A stretch of 62,983 nucleotides of DNA, the filler included, from Octopus bimaculoides (Eukaryota): assembly GCF_001194135.2 (NCBI RefSeq). It is 6 parts of 6 records of this genome, joined end to end, with 100 filler letters (N's around TTAATTAATTAA, not from the genome) between each part and the next. Parts side by side here need not be neighbours in the genome. Positions count along the whole stretch, not along the records: positions 46,567 to 60,555 come from NC_068987.1; 5 more parts are not named here. The stretch is one strand, 5' to 3'. The notes beneath the pieces are model-generated. The model was not told the DNA's origin. It did no database searches and saw only the letters and a list, made by a program, of their open reading frames with translations. Of this stretch, positions 47,414 through 60,555 are shown piece after piece. Made by a program: the position numbers and the translations under genes. The number at the start of each line of letters is the position of its first letter. The stretch's first letter is position 1.

Positions 47414-47915
47414 CCATACATACATAAATATATATATGTATATGTGTGTGTGTGCGTTGTTTTAAAGGGACGGGGAAGTTCTGATTGTACCGAACATGAA
47501 TTAAGGACACTCAAATAGGTCAACCCCGTGATCTTTCGGTTTTTTTAGATCCACATGTTTCCTCCAGGGGATTTAACTTTGTAATTTGTTCAAGTACATT
47601 ATGGTGTTGAGTAACTATTAATTTCATACTGTTTTCGCACAGCATAGCGGTTTCGAATCATTGTTCATAACGTTCCTGTACTTAGATGCTCCGACTAAAT
47701 TTGCACATTATGAAGAACATGCAATATATATTCTTATATTCTTCTAACGTCACACAAATACACATTGATACGAGTATTCACACGCAGCTACACAGAGAAC
47801 GGTTTATTCGCTCGATTACATTAGTTAAACTTAGACATGAAACTGAATAAAAGAACTACGAACATGATAGTGTATCACGTTTAGGGCGGCATAAACTTAT
47901 TGCATAATCACAGAT

Positions 47916-48016
47916 TTAAGATGTAATAAAAATATTATTCCACATATAGTTAAGATGTAATAAAAATATTATTCCACATATAGTTAAGATGTAATAAAAA
48001 TATTATTCCACATATA
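47916..48016. repeat. 34-bp minisatellite, 3 essentially perfect copies
   Basis: Unit TTAAGATGTAATAAAAATATTATTCCACATATAG at 47916, 47950 and 47984. Confidence 0.95.
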
Positions 48017-48056
48017 CCTAGTGAAATAGATTATAATCTACTTAACGTTACGCCTT

Positions 48057-48084
48057 TCTCTTATCGATAATTATCGATAAGAGA
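48057..48084. other. Perfect 28-bp spacerless palindrome with two TATCGATA motifs
   Basis: TCTCTTATCGATAATTATCGATAAGAGA equals its own reverse complement. Confidence 0.95.
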
Positions 48085-48569
48085 TAGGTGTAACTTTTGA
48101 AGAGTACTACTGTATAGAAGTATCAAATATTAGAAATAATTAGGATAGAAAAATATTTTTTGCAGTATAAGTAAAAATAAATCTCTAGCAATATTCACAA
48201 ACAAGGACGTAGAGACTGGAATAGCTGTCTGGTTACATTTACATTGTTTTGGGTTCCGTGACGCTGCGTAGCATCTCAGGCAAACACTTTCGGCCGAACC
48301 AATACATTGTTAATGCATTTGAAAGGTAGAAACTTGTAGAAACTTTACTATTATATTCCATGAAAATATACAGAATTTATTTGCCATAGACGCATTACCA
48401 TTACAAAGTAGACGGCCGATGGAATGGAGTACAATAACATTCTCTAATCAATATGATTAGCCACATCGACATAGGGCGGAAGAAAAAGTAAGAACTGAAA
48501 TATGCATATACACCCATTCCATATGTTTTCATCTTCATGGTCGCTCTTTCAGACATACCATCATTTTCA

Positions 48570-49570
48570 CATATAGCCTGACTTATCTATGTCACCGACA
48601 CAAAAGTAGTACAACCAGTCAAGAAATCTGGTTGTAATCTTCTACAGAAAGACCTAGATGCCATATACAAATGGGCTGAGGAAAGCTACATGCAATTTTA
48701 ATGCAGGTAAATTCCAAGCCCTCTGCTACTATCGAATTGGTGCTGAGAAGCTGCAACAACCATACTTTGGACCAAAATGTATAGCAATCCCAGAATCACA
48801 TACAGTGCGTGATCTCGGAATTGATACAAACAACGATGCCTCATTTCACTAGGAATATCACCAAGATAGTTGCGGTGTGCAGGCAAATGGCCAGATGGAT
48901 TCTGAGAACGTTCTAGAACAAGGGGTCAGGAAACTATGCTGGTTCTATGGAGGACATTTTTCCTCAGCAGTTTGGACTACTGCTCTCAACTCTGGTCACC
49001 CTACAGTATCAGATTAATTGCAGAACTTGAGGAAGCTAAGCGATGTTACATAAGGAAGATTGCATCAATGGAACAACCGAGCTACTGGAAGAGACTGAAA
49101 GAGCTTCGACTCTACTCCTTGGAGTATAGGCAGGAGCGGTGTGCAGTGATATATGTATGGGAGAGTCTGGAGGGGCTGACACCAAACTTTGGAATCGAGA
49201 ACTACATCAGACCCCGAACTGGATGTCACTGCACTGTTCCCAAGTCTCCCATCTAGGTCCCAGTTATCCCATCTAGAGTGAGGAACATATACCATAATAG
49301 CTTGAGTTTCAAGGGCCCACGAGTATTTAACGCCTTGCCAAAACATCTGCAGGATCTCCATGGAGTGGGGTAGAAGATTTCAAGAAACAAGTGCAGATGA
49401 ACCGATATCAAATCAGGAGACTGAAAAGAGGTCTGTAGTGTCGAAATCCCTTCTTCACCAAAACCCAGTCACACAAGATTGGGCATTGAAAAGGTGATTA
49501 CACTGGCAGTACCCCAGCTTTGCTACAGCTTTAGGGCTGAAACGTGAAAAAAAGAGAATAAAATAATAAA
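48570..49570 (+). mobile_element. CR1/L2-type LINE, 5'-truncated 3' end (decayed RT C-terminus)
   Basis: YVTDTKV (decayed YADDTK), LQKDLDAIYKWAEE, FNAGKFQAL, VRDLGI, LDYCSQLWSP, SYWKRLKELRLYSLE, FKGPRVFNALP. Confidence 0.88.
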
Positions 49571-51137
49571 AGAATATATTAATAAAATAATACGCACACA
49601 CATACACGGATGCACACTCACACACACACATACACACACATGGAGACATTTATCCATACATCTCAAACATTTGCTTTTGTTTTCTAAAACGTCCCTCTGT
49701 TGATCTTTATTCTGTTATTTACATCTCATTCGCCCCGTCAAGCGCGACGAAACTCTGAATGAAAGAACATCTAAACAATATACCCAGGCCTTCGTCAATA
49801 TATAAAGATATTATGTGTATCTTCGTAACTCATTCTAATACAAGCTATTTGATTAGCATACGATAGAATGTATGGTTTGTGTTTTTTTTATTTTCACATG
49901 CTTCATAAGCTTCTTTTCTTTTCTCCCCTATTTTGTAGATTGCTGTACATATCTTATCCATAAAAAAATAAGTTGGTTATTCTGTGTAAAAATGCGAGAA
50001 TTCGTATTTAGCATCATCAATCTTTCGTTTCCTCTTTTGCTAAATTTCTTCTGCTCTTTCGTATTTCTGCTCTTCTTTTGCGTTACCACAAAGTTATGCT
50101 AGATTCTTAAATTGTTTGGGCGGTTGCATATTTCTATGACATTGCAATTATTTTTACTTTCTTATTTAGACATTCGTAATTAATTAATCAATCTTTCTAT
50201 TTCTATTAATGTTGTTAAAGGGTCTGATAATTATGTATAGTTTGTTGTTCAGTTTAGTGTTAGAAAAACTCTGACGAATCGATGAAGGAGAAGGCAGTCA
50301 TGAATAGAAAAATGCCCGCGGAAAAACTATCGTTGAAAAGACAGCTTCAGTTGCTGAATAACATACATCTTACTAAATTAGAAGTGCTGTCATTTCCGCA
50401 TCATACACAAGAAGAGGTTACCTTAATATACAATCTACAGCGACAATTTGTTAATCTCAGGGTGTTCGTTTGACCTACTAGAAAGTGTAACCAAATATTC
50501 CCAAAGTAACGCCCTAATATCTTTTAAAGACTGTTAACCAACCTATTTATAATGTAGTAATTGAAACACTGAAAAATAAACCAAAAAAGGTGTTCAACGC
50601 TAGAAAGAACAACTTTAAATAAGTCTGGAGGATTAGATTTGACATGAGGTTGAAAAATAACAAGAAAATCTTCTATCTGAAGCCGCCCACGACGGTCTTT
50701 CTGTACCTGGAGACAGATGCTTGTCTTTTTTTTTAACTACCATCTGCCAGTATTTCTCGACCGCTTTTCTAATATCATTTATTTTCTTTCCCAGCTCATC
50801 ACATTAACAGTGCAAAATTCCTGTGTCAACGTGAGCAAAAGATGGACGTTTCGCATCTGGAGATTTGTCAGCCGTTCACAGTCGTCAATTGGGAGGGCAG
50901 GAGAGCATATCAAGCTTAACATGAGTTTATGAAACACAAAGGGAATACAAAACGACGATCAACTAGTATTCGCACTTACACATACATACGTACATACATA
51001 CATACATACTCGCAAACACACGCGAGCGAGCGCAAACATATGAATATTTTATCATTTACGTGTTTCAGGGAAACTATTCTGAAGGGTTTGGTGGAACAAA
51101 TCAACCTGACTACTTATTTTTAGGTCAGCTATACATA

Positions 51138-51318
51138 GAAGTGGCTGAGTGGTAAGTAGCTTGCTTGCCAACCACATTATTCCGGGTTCAGTTCCACTAA
51201 GTGGCACCTTCGGCAAATGTCTTCTACTATAGCCTCGGGCCGACCAAAGCCTTGTGAGTGGATTTGGTAGACGGAAACTGAAAGAAGTCCTACGTATATA
51301 TATATCTGTGTGTGTGTT

Positions 51319-51353
<35 letters not shown>

Positions 51354-51390
51354 ATGCTTGTACGCCTGTGTTTAACCGCCCCACCATCGG
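51138..51390 (+). mobile_element. SINE family B 5' part
   Basis: GTGGCTGAGTGGTAAGTAGC...CCGGGTTCAGTTCC...GACCAAAGCCTTGTGAGTGGATTTGGTAGACGG. Confidence 0.88.
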
Positions 51391-51674
51391 GTGATAGTGT
51401 ACCATTTGTTTTCTCTATATTGCGAGCTGAAGTGAACTACTGCAGTGGTCACTAGTATCCACCAACGAGGATGGTCATAAAGAGGTCGTAACTTTACGGT
51501 TTAATAGTCTCCTGAGTGGAAGTTGTTCGGGGTTCACTCCCCTGCTTGCAATATATATCGGACGCAGATTGCGTCGAATAACCAACCAAAGGACGAGTCC
51601 TCCTACAATTAAAAATAGCAGTAACCTCGGTTCCTACGAAATTTAATTGACGACAAACATTACTTCAATACATG

Positions 51675-51720
<46 letters not shown>

Positions 51721-51750
51721 CCTACCTATTTGCCTATCTATCTATATCTC

Positions 51751-52021
51751 GCACTTCGTCATTGATCTGATGAACGGAAGAGCCTGCTCGTGAAATTAAC
51801 GTGCAAGTGGCTGAGCACTCCTCAGACACCTTAGCGTAGTGCTCAGGGAGATTCAGCGTGACACAGAGTGTGAGAAGGCTGGCTCTTTGAAATACAGTTA
51901 CTATACATTTTTGCCAGCTGAGTGGACTGGAGCAACGTGGAATAAAGTGTTGCCGGGAATTGAACTCGAAACCTTACGATCATGAGTCGAATGCCCTAAG
52001 CACTAAGCTTTGCGCCTTCAC
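51751..52021 (-). mobile_element. SINE family C-related copy (antisense)
   Basis: GAGCCTGCTCGTGAAATTAACGTGCAAGTGGCTGAGCACTC is the reverse complement of 43270-43310; tRNA-like head at the right end. Confidence 0.85.
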
Positions 52022-52039
52022 ATATATACATACATACAT

Positions 52040-52610
52040 ACATATTTACAATGTCATCCTCAAAAAGACAGAACTGAAATAAACTTAGAAAATCCCTCAT
52101 TATGAAATACATTCATAAACTCCAACTCAAGGAATACAGGTGGAATTTCACATCTAAACTTCTGTCAAATGTAAGCATAACAAGCCGGCTATTGTTGTTT
52201 GGAAGTGAGGGGCAAAAGTATGTATCATCATAGAGGTTAGTTGCCCAGCAGATATAAGTATCTCTTTGAAAATCAACGAAAAAGAAGATATCTATGTATA
52301 ACTGCTTCGAAATCTAAAGCTTCTATATGCAGACTATGAATTCATATTCATACCAATAACAATTGGAACACTAGGTTTTGTTAGTAAATGCTTAAAGGAG
52401 AATTTGGATCAATTGAGATTTTCAGAAAGAGAAATCAACCGGCTAATTCGAACATTACAAGTGCAATCTGTGAGTGGAACAGTAAACATATGCAAGGCTT
52501 TTCTCAAGTTCCAAGTGTGAATTTGTCTGTGTTAACTATATCCCAAAGCCGCAGCGTTGTTTCTTTGTTGGAAATTGGCTTCTTCCGCAATGGAAGCTTT
52601 ATGATTAATA
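52040..52610 (+). mobile_element. R4-clade REL retrotransposon 3' end, third family
   Basis: EYRWN...HNKPAIVVW...IIEVSCPAD...EKEDIY...IPITIGTLG...[18 protein letters not shown]-stop (52520), with a frameshift and a stop. Confidence 0.85.
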
Positions 52611-52704
52611 AATAAGAGAAACATGCATACATAGATAAATACACACACACACACACACACGCACACATATATATATATATATATACATGCATGGATACAT
52701 ATAT

Positions 52705-52774
<70 letters not shown>

Positions 52775-52803
52775 TTATGTATGTATCCATGCATGTGTGT
52801 GTG

Positions 52804-52862
<59 letters not shown>

Positions 52863-52919
52863 TCAACATTTTCAGTTGTTCTCATTTCACTCTTTTCTCA
52901 CCACTAGATAGACAAACAA

Positions 52920-53830
52920 ATAAACCCTTCCCTCAATATTCTCATTTATTCCTTCTTATCCATCTCTTCTTTAAAGTATCTCTGAACGTTGTCCGACTTC
53001 ACATCTTTCAGTTTCTTTCTTTGAGTAATCCTTATCTATCTACCTTTGCCCATTTCTTCCTTCCTCCTACTTTTTTTCTAGTTATCTTTGCGTTTCTCTA
53101 ACTTTCTCTACATTTCTCTACTTATCAATATATCTATTTACTTTTACCTCTTTCTGACAACCATATCTTCCAGCCTCTCTAATTTTAACTATTTATCGCT
53201 ATCCCTCTATACCTCTATACAACCATTCCCTATCTTTCATTATTTATCTATCCCATTCTCTACATCTCTATGTTTCTTGTTATCTTTCTCTACCTTCAAG
53301 TTCTTATCTATAATTCTCCCTTTCTTTCTTTACATCCTTCTATCAATCATATCTATTGATTTCTCCACCTTGTCACATAAACACACTTCACATCATCAAG
53401 AAGTACTATTCATATTTGTCTCTCTATTTTCATCTCTTTCTATCCCAATCACTTTAACCCCTTTTAAATTACCTCTGCCGTTCTCAACCATTAACCATTT
53501 ATCTCTTTCTCCTTTCTCTCTCTCTCTCTCTTCTCTATTTCTCTCTCGTTTTTGTTTTCTCTATTTATAGCTGTTTATCTCTCCCTTGACGCATAAACTT
53601 CCCCACTCTTCCAGTTGAAGTTTTCTCTTTCACTATCCTCCAATCTTAATCCTTTCAACTACTTCTAATTCCCCAAGCTTTTCTCTCACTCACTGTCTAT
53701 ATACCTCTATCTTTGTCACTCAATCTCGCTCTCTAACTCTCCCCCTGTATCTAACATTCTCACTTACTCTCTATCTCACTCCCACACTTTCTTTCCTTCT
53801 CTCTCTTTCCCCCTCTCTCTCCCCTCTCTC
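52920..53830. repeat. Pyrimidine-rich low-complexity tract
   Basis: ~900 bp with very few G on the + strand. Confidence 0.8.
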
Positions 53831-56800
53831 TGTGGTTCATTGTCTTTATCATTCACCTCCTTAACAACACGTAAACTGAAATTAAGGTCAAACTATCTCA
53901 AGTATAAATGACATCATCTTTATCGCTTTTGTCATTTTGGCTTTTAGCAATTGAACGGTAAATCCCACATTCCAATCATGTCTTTGACAAAGATTTGGTC
54001 ACGGATTAAGTAGGATTAAAACACCGGCCAGCCGACGGACGTGAAACTGTAAAGTACCAATTACTTTTACCTCCAAAGAATCTTATCTCGTGTGCTGGGA
54101 TTTCTTATTCTTCCACAGATAAACTACACATTTACAAACATCTCATCTACATAGCAAATTAGCATAGAAAGATTTTGCATAGAAATCCCAAAAGTTGTAA
54201 GTTAACTTGAGGGTTTGTGGTCAGTTTAATTCTGTGTGTTTTATTGTAGTGTCTAAGTAATTTGGTAATGAGATAATGAAATGTCGCCAGACGGTTTGTA
54301 GCCTTTGTATTTGTTATATCGTTGAACTGACCCTCAAAATGAATCAATGGGTGTGTGAAATGTGATTGTATGTCACAAGTTCTATGTTTATATTGTTATG
54401 TATAAAAAAACAAGAAATTTGATTTCTGTTATTGCCTTAGCTAATGGAGTAAACACCCATGAGAAATTTTCGGGGCTCATAGACTAGTGAACAGAAAAGA
54501 AGAAAGTTAAACTCAAACAGGATACCTGGCCTGAATACTTATAACAAAGAGGACCCAGTTAAAGATACTATAGGCTAGCTAAAGGGCTATAGAGCTGCCG
54601 GCATTATTGTAACATTATTTCACTGTTTCCACTGAAGAAATTTTATACAAAATTTTTTAGTCCATTCGAAGAGTGATAATTTGTAGTTTTTGTTTGTAAT
54701 TAGTTGTCGAATTTCACATTCGGATTGGACATGAAACCCAAGAGATATAAAGAGAACTCCTGAATATAACATCACTGAACCAGAGTATAATACGGGTATT
54801 TTTATTTATGAACTTTTTAGAAATCTAGCATCATTCGGTTTCATCACATTAAATCTCCCTTAATTCACACATGATACTTCTCTTTAAAGAAAAAAGAATA
54901 GAATGAAATATTAAATAATTTTGTGTTAGATACCCTATACAAGTTTGCTAAATGTTGATTTGGAGCCAAACAACAATAAAAATCATAACGTGCTGTCTTA
55001 TTTGGTAAGTTTTGGAACCAAAAAAATTGTTATAGATGTTATAGATTACATTTGTGATAGATTAGTGTCCAATGCACTACTGCTTCAACACATGAACGAT
55101 AATAACATTCAGCTTCTTTATTACCCTTACAATAATCATTTCTCATATCCTTCCTTTGTAGAACCGAATTCATCTGTATATCCCTTTTACTTTTCCGTTT
55201 TAGATTTAGGACTTTATCTCCACTGAGCATTTTCTGCTGGTCTCAACGTAACAAATACTACGACACAAAAACTGGCCTTTTATATCTGGGCCAGACAATA
55301 CATTCTCTCCCAAGAACTATTAAATCGAAGAAAAATTTAAGCGAGACATACAGTGGAACACTGTTCTGCATCATGTTTCAGCCATGCTCATGTTTCTACC
55401 GTTACTGATATTCTAGAACGTGCTAGACTGCTGGCAAGAAGTCGATCACCAATTTCAGTTCCAAAGATATGAGACAGAAATTAAAGTGCGATTTCTTGAA
55501 CGCCTCGGTTCCTAAACTCCATTAACCCTTCAGAAATCTCATTCTCCTATCAGTCATATTCTCTTCTTCACCCAACCACACAGTAACCACTTACAAACAT
55601 TTCCTGTTCACGTTTCTTCTGGCAGCTGTGAAATTGCACTTGTACAAGTTCTTTACGAACCGTGTCTACTTCGCTTGACTTGGAGACCTCGCTTACAGTC
55701 TATCTCTTTTCACAATCATCAACCGCACTACCGTCAAATACGTCGACCACAGAAGTTCATGTGAAATATCGGTCACGTCGATCTCACAAACCGTTCAAAA
55801 CAGAAAAGAGAATAGACACTATTGTTCTTGTCCTTCCTGGTAGTAGATATTAAAAAAATGGTGATGTCAAATTTCTATATTAAATGTTACTTTAAATACG
55901 AATATGAGAATATAAATCATATTTCGCAAGTCTATATATTAACACAGAGTTACCTGGAATAGAATGTGGAATTATGCAAGTTATTCACCCAAATAGAGAA
56001 TTGAACCAAATTAAGATATATTATAGATATGTTATAGATTGGAAAAACTTATTGTTACTAAAATATCTCTATCTGCGAGAGTGGGCTGAAAAGTTCATAT
56101 GCTGACTATGAAGGAATGATGTTTGAGCTGTGAAATCTTGCAGACATTAATTTCAACTAACTTTATTAATTACTGCGTACTTTTTTTTTTCAGTTAAAGG
56201 ATATATGACAGTTCAAATAAGCAGAACTGATATCTGACTTCAAATGTAACAAGTAGCGACTTCTCTTGACAACAGACAGAACTTAACAACGTGCTTGTTA
56301 TCTAGCACCTACAGAAAACAAAGAGTTTAGCCTTTTCCCCCCGAGGACATATTCATGCTGCCGTGCTTACTACATTAGAGGATGACGCTCCAGGGATGAC
56401 GCTCCAGTTTCATCAGTTCTGCCACATGTTTTAAATCGCTCCACACTCTTGTATCGTGTACTAGTATAACACCATCTGACATACACACATGACACACTCA
56501 TATATACACCACCAAACTAATATGCAGGAAAATAAACATACGGGAAGATAAAAATGCACACGAAATAGCAACTTTTATTGCTCAGACATACTCTCATAGT
56601 TTAAACACATACGCCCATACGCACATAGACAAATTATATGCACTTCATACATTTCGACGACACCTCAATAAGCAGAACTCTTGCATCACACTCAACTCTA
56701 AAACCAATCACAAAAAGAAAAGTCACACGCGCGCGCCCGCACACACACAAGATATAGAGCCATACACACTATACCCACTTCTGTGCATAAGAAAAATCCA

Positions 56801-57049
56801 CAATGCCGCAGCCACATTCACAATAATATAACAGTAGCGTAGAATAGAGATGCACTCACCGCATTGATTTAATTACATACTCACGGTGGTGCTCCAGCAT
56901 GACCGCAACTGCACAGCTGAAACAAATAAAAAAAATTAAAGAATATACACAAGCACTTACATAGCCTTGAATGACATGAATCTCTGGTGATAGACGAACC
57001 TAATCACACAGTTAGACACACATACGCACACACACACACACACACACAC

Positions 57050-57090
<41 letters not shown>

Positions 57091-57558
57091 NNNNNNNNNN
57101 NNNNNNNNNNNNNNNNNNNNNNNNNNNNNNNNNNNNNNNNNNNNNNNNNNNNNNNNNNNNNNNNNNNNNNNNNNNNNNNNNNNNNNNNNNNNNNNNNNNN
57201 NNNNNNNNNNNNNNNNNNNNNNNNNNNNNNNNNNNNNNNNNNNNNNNNNNNNNNNNNNNNNNNNNNNNNNNNNNNNNNNNNNNNNNNNNNNNNNNNNNNN
57301 NNNNNNNNNNNNNNNNNNNNNNNNNNNNNNNNNNNNNNNNNNNNNNNNNNNNNNNNNNNNNNNNNNNNNNNNNNNNNNNNNNNNNNNNNNNNNNNNNNNN
57401 NNNNNNNNNNNNNNNNNNNNNNNNNNNNNNNNNNNNNNNNNNNNNNNNNNNNNNNNNNNNNNNNNNNNNNNNNNNNNNNNNNNNNNNNNNNNNNNNNNNN
57501 NNNNNNNNNNNNNNNNNNNNNNNNNNNNNNNNNNNNNNNNNNNNNNNNNNNNNNNNNN

Positions 57559-57605
<47 letters not shown>

Positions 57606-57749
57606 CTCTCTTTTACTTTTGTGAAGGCTCGGTATGTGAGTAGTAGCAGATCAGAAAAAATATTTAATATGAAGGATGTGGGTCCTAGATTTTGGTCGTT
57701 TAAGCAGCAGTAGAAAACACAGGGATACGAGACAGCACCAGAAAAACAG

Positions 57750-60260
57750 GATAAACCAAATGTGATAAGAGTCATCAATCTAACTCACAAAGAACTAACA
57801 CCAAACCAAATCTTGAAGCATACACTTCCAAGGGTTCAAGTTTACACTCACCCAACAACGCTCCAGCTACATCGAAATGAAGGAAGACGTTGCGGAATTC
57901 TGTAGAAAATTAGGACTTGCCGAGGGTCTATATGACAAATACAACGAAGACAAACCGCTAGTCCGAAATAGAAGTAATTACACCCCTTCAAAGGGTAAGA
58001 ATAAAATTCTTGATCATTTCTGTGAATACATCACGAATTACCCATATCAACATATAAACAAACAAAAACACAAGCAAAACACAAAAACTTCAGCAAAAGA
58101 GAATGAGCTGAGCTGAACAACTGAAAGGATGATTAACCAATAACAATCAAAGAGGTTGAGAAAGGTAGTGCAGTTGTCTTAATGGACGTGGTATACCATA
58201 TAACTCTAGTACTATCCATATTAGACGACACAACATATTATGAAAAGGTCCAACAGAAAAAATATAATTTGTAGAAAATATTGAGAAACCTAAAAACTAT
58301 GTTAAGCCTATACATAGAAGGGCCCACTGACTGACAAGGAATATGATTATATGACTAACTTCAGATGTAAATCCAGTCAATTCTATGGTATTTCTAAGAT
58401 GCACAAAAGTGAGAAGATGATGTCTTCAGCTAACTGGATCCGAATCCACCAAAGGAAGGTATGTCGGAAGAAAGTAATTTAACAACGCGGGTTGATGAAC
58501 CGTAAGACGTGTGGCCAGAACCTCCTGGAAAATAACCATAGCGAGGGATATTTCACAGTTGAATTAGAACAGTCACAAACAGTGAAAGAAGACATGCACC
58601 CAACACCAGAACTGAAGACACCTCCGAAAGGGGGTGGCCCCGCCACGTCAAAACGGTAGAGGAGTAGGGGCCGAAATCGGACGTGGTTCCTCCTGATGAT
58701 GTCTTGAGCTAACTGGATCCTATAAAGGAGCTGTTGTGGTAGCAGACCACGAAACATGGTTGAAATTCCCCATAACGCATGCAAGAAAGCCACATACATA
58801 ATAATCAAGGTACCTACTAATAATGACTTCAAATGTAGATTTGCTCAATCACCTCCTTGAAACAATAAATAAAACACCCTTCTAGTATCCTTCGATGTAG
58901 TCAACCTCTATTCTAATATCCGTCACAGCCTAGGAATAGAGGCAATTCAATTCTGGCAAGAGAATTACTCCAATGAACTCGCACAACACATCAAAATACA
59001 ATTCGTAACAGAAGGGCTAAAATTCATCTTGGAAAATAACTTCCTCGTCTTCAAAGACAACTTCTATCGGCAAAACTCGGGGTACTGCGTTGAATACGAA
59101 AACGACCCCTTCCTTTGCTCACCGAGTCATGGGATATCTAGAAATCTCTCTTTATCGTAAGGTACTAGAAAAATACGGCAGCCCACTCTCCCTCTACATA
59201 GAAAATAACTGCTTCGTTCTTTAGCATGAATGCATATAGAGGCTTAAAGAATTCCAAGCACTTATAAAAGGACTTGACATAAACACTCCATTTACGATGG
59301 AATATAGCCATTAACAACTTCCTTTCCTCGAAATCCTCATTAAGAAATCTAACAACGAAACAGAAACAAATATATACTATAAGCCCACGGACTCCAAGCA
59401 ATATCTACCGTTCAACTCATGCCACCCCAGACACACTAAAATGAATATCCCTTTCAACCTAGCAAAAATGATTTGTACTATAGTTTCTAATACAAGCACC
59501 AGGGCCATACGACTACAGAAAATAGAGGATACACTCATCACCAGGAACTACCCACCATCACTAATTGATATAGGCTTTCAACGTGCCCTACAACTCAACA
59601 TCCCAAACTAAAGGATTTAAACAAGTGCCCGTACATCTCCACACACAACCCCTTTAACAACTCCTTCGACACCATCTTCCAGAACATTCCTCTACTAGAA
59701 AGGGACTACAGAATGAATCTAATTCAGACCATCATAAAGAGCAAAATACAGTCCAAATCAATGAAAATTCTCCTAACACAAGCCAAAGTACATTCAGCAA
59801 CAACACTGAGATGTCAGTAAAAAAAATGCAGAAGACCTAACTGTGGTATATGCGTCAACCTAATTGAGGGATCGGAATTCTCCTTCAAACAGGGTCAACG
59901 TTTTACAATGAAAAACAACTTCACATGTGCTTCAGAAAACCTAACATATGTATTAACTTGCTCTGGGTGTCGTGAGCAATACATAGGCCAAACTAAAAAC
60001 AGTCTACACCAAAGGATGACCCTATATAGATCCCAGGTTAAAATTCGGGAATACAGAAAAATAACATTTAGCGAACACATCGACATTTGCGCCACTAAGG
60101 AACAACCTAACTTCAGAATGTTTCCCCTCTTTAAATTCAGGGACGATGCAACCTATAATCAGTGCATTAGCAAATAGTCATATTTTCTCGCAAGATATAA
60201 ACCCATTTTGAATGCTTCCACCGCAAATTACACTACTAAAGGGGCCTTAGAATAATACTC
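57750..60260 (+). mobile_element. Penelope-like element (RT + GIY-YIG), near full length, decayed
   Basis: VINLTHKELT, EFCRKL, EKGSAVVLMD, FYGISKMHK (58381), LVSFDVVNLYSNI (~58882), YKPTDSKQYLPFNSCHPRHT, CGIC...TCASENLTYVLTCSGCREQYIGQT; many stops and frameshifts. Confidence 0.92.
58416..58790 (+). mobile_element. Foreign insertion within the Penelope RT, possibly an LTR-retrotransposon 3' end
   Basis: Interrupts the RT between MHKSE and KKATYIII; 26-bp direct repeat (58416-58441 / 58695-58720); purine tract AAAGGAG followed by TGTGGTA. Confidence 0.45.
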
Positions 60261-60439
60261 ACATAAATATTAAAAATGATATATTCAGAACAGTCATTAC
60301 CCATGAATTTATTCAAACAAATTCTAATCACTACTACAATAATCACAAAGTTCACTTTTAGGTCCCTTGACCATTTAAGAAGACTCTGGCAACAGCCTAC
60401 TAGTGTCATACCACTCCCATCATTTCCTTCTTTTTTCTT

Positions 60440-60555
60440 CCTCTCCGCCTCCTCCTCCTCCTCCCCGTCCTCCTCCTCCTCCTCCTCCTCCTCCTCGTTC
60501 TTCTTCTTCTTCTTCTTCTTCTTCTTCTTCTTCTTCTTCTTCTTCTTCTTCTTCT
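60440..60555. repeat. (CCT)n-(CTT)n microsatellite
   Basis: Direct reading. Confidence 0.92.

Noticed and set aside
47916-48016. CRISPR-like array
   Set aside because: Repeats are directly adjacent with no spacers, in a eukaryotic context; it is a minisatellite.
50840-50875. Minus-strand CTGACAA-ATCTCCAGATGC-GAAACGTC
   Set aside because: Essential G8 absent, helix II loop too small, helix I one pair; probably chance.
53088-53570. 160-aa hydrophobic ORF resembling a membrane protein
   Set aside because: F/L/S/I composition follows directly from the pyrimidine-rich low-complexity tract.
55590-55700. Minus-strand GTTT|GTAAGT donor with an open stretch SEVSKSSEVDTVRKELVQVQF
   Set aside because: No credible acceptor; in-frame stop immediately upstream.
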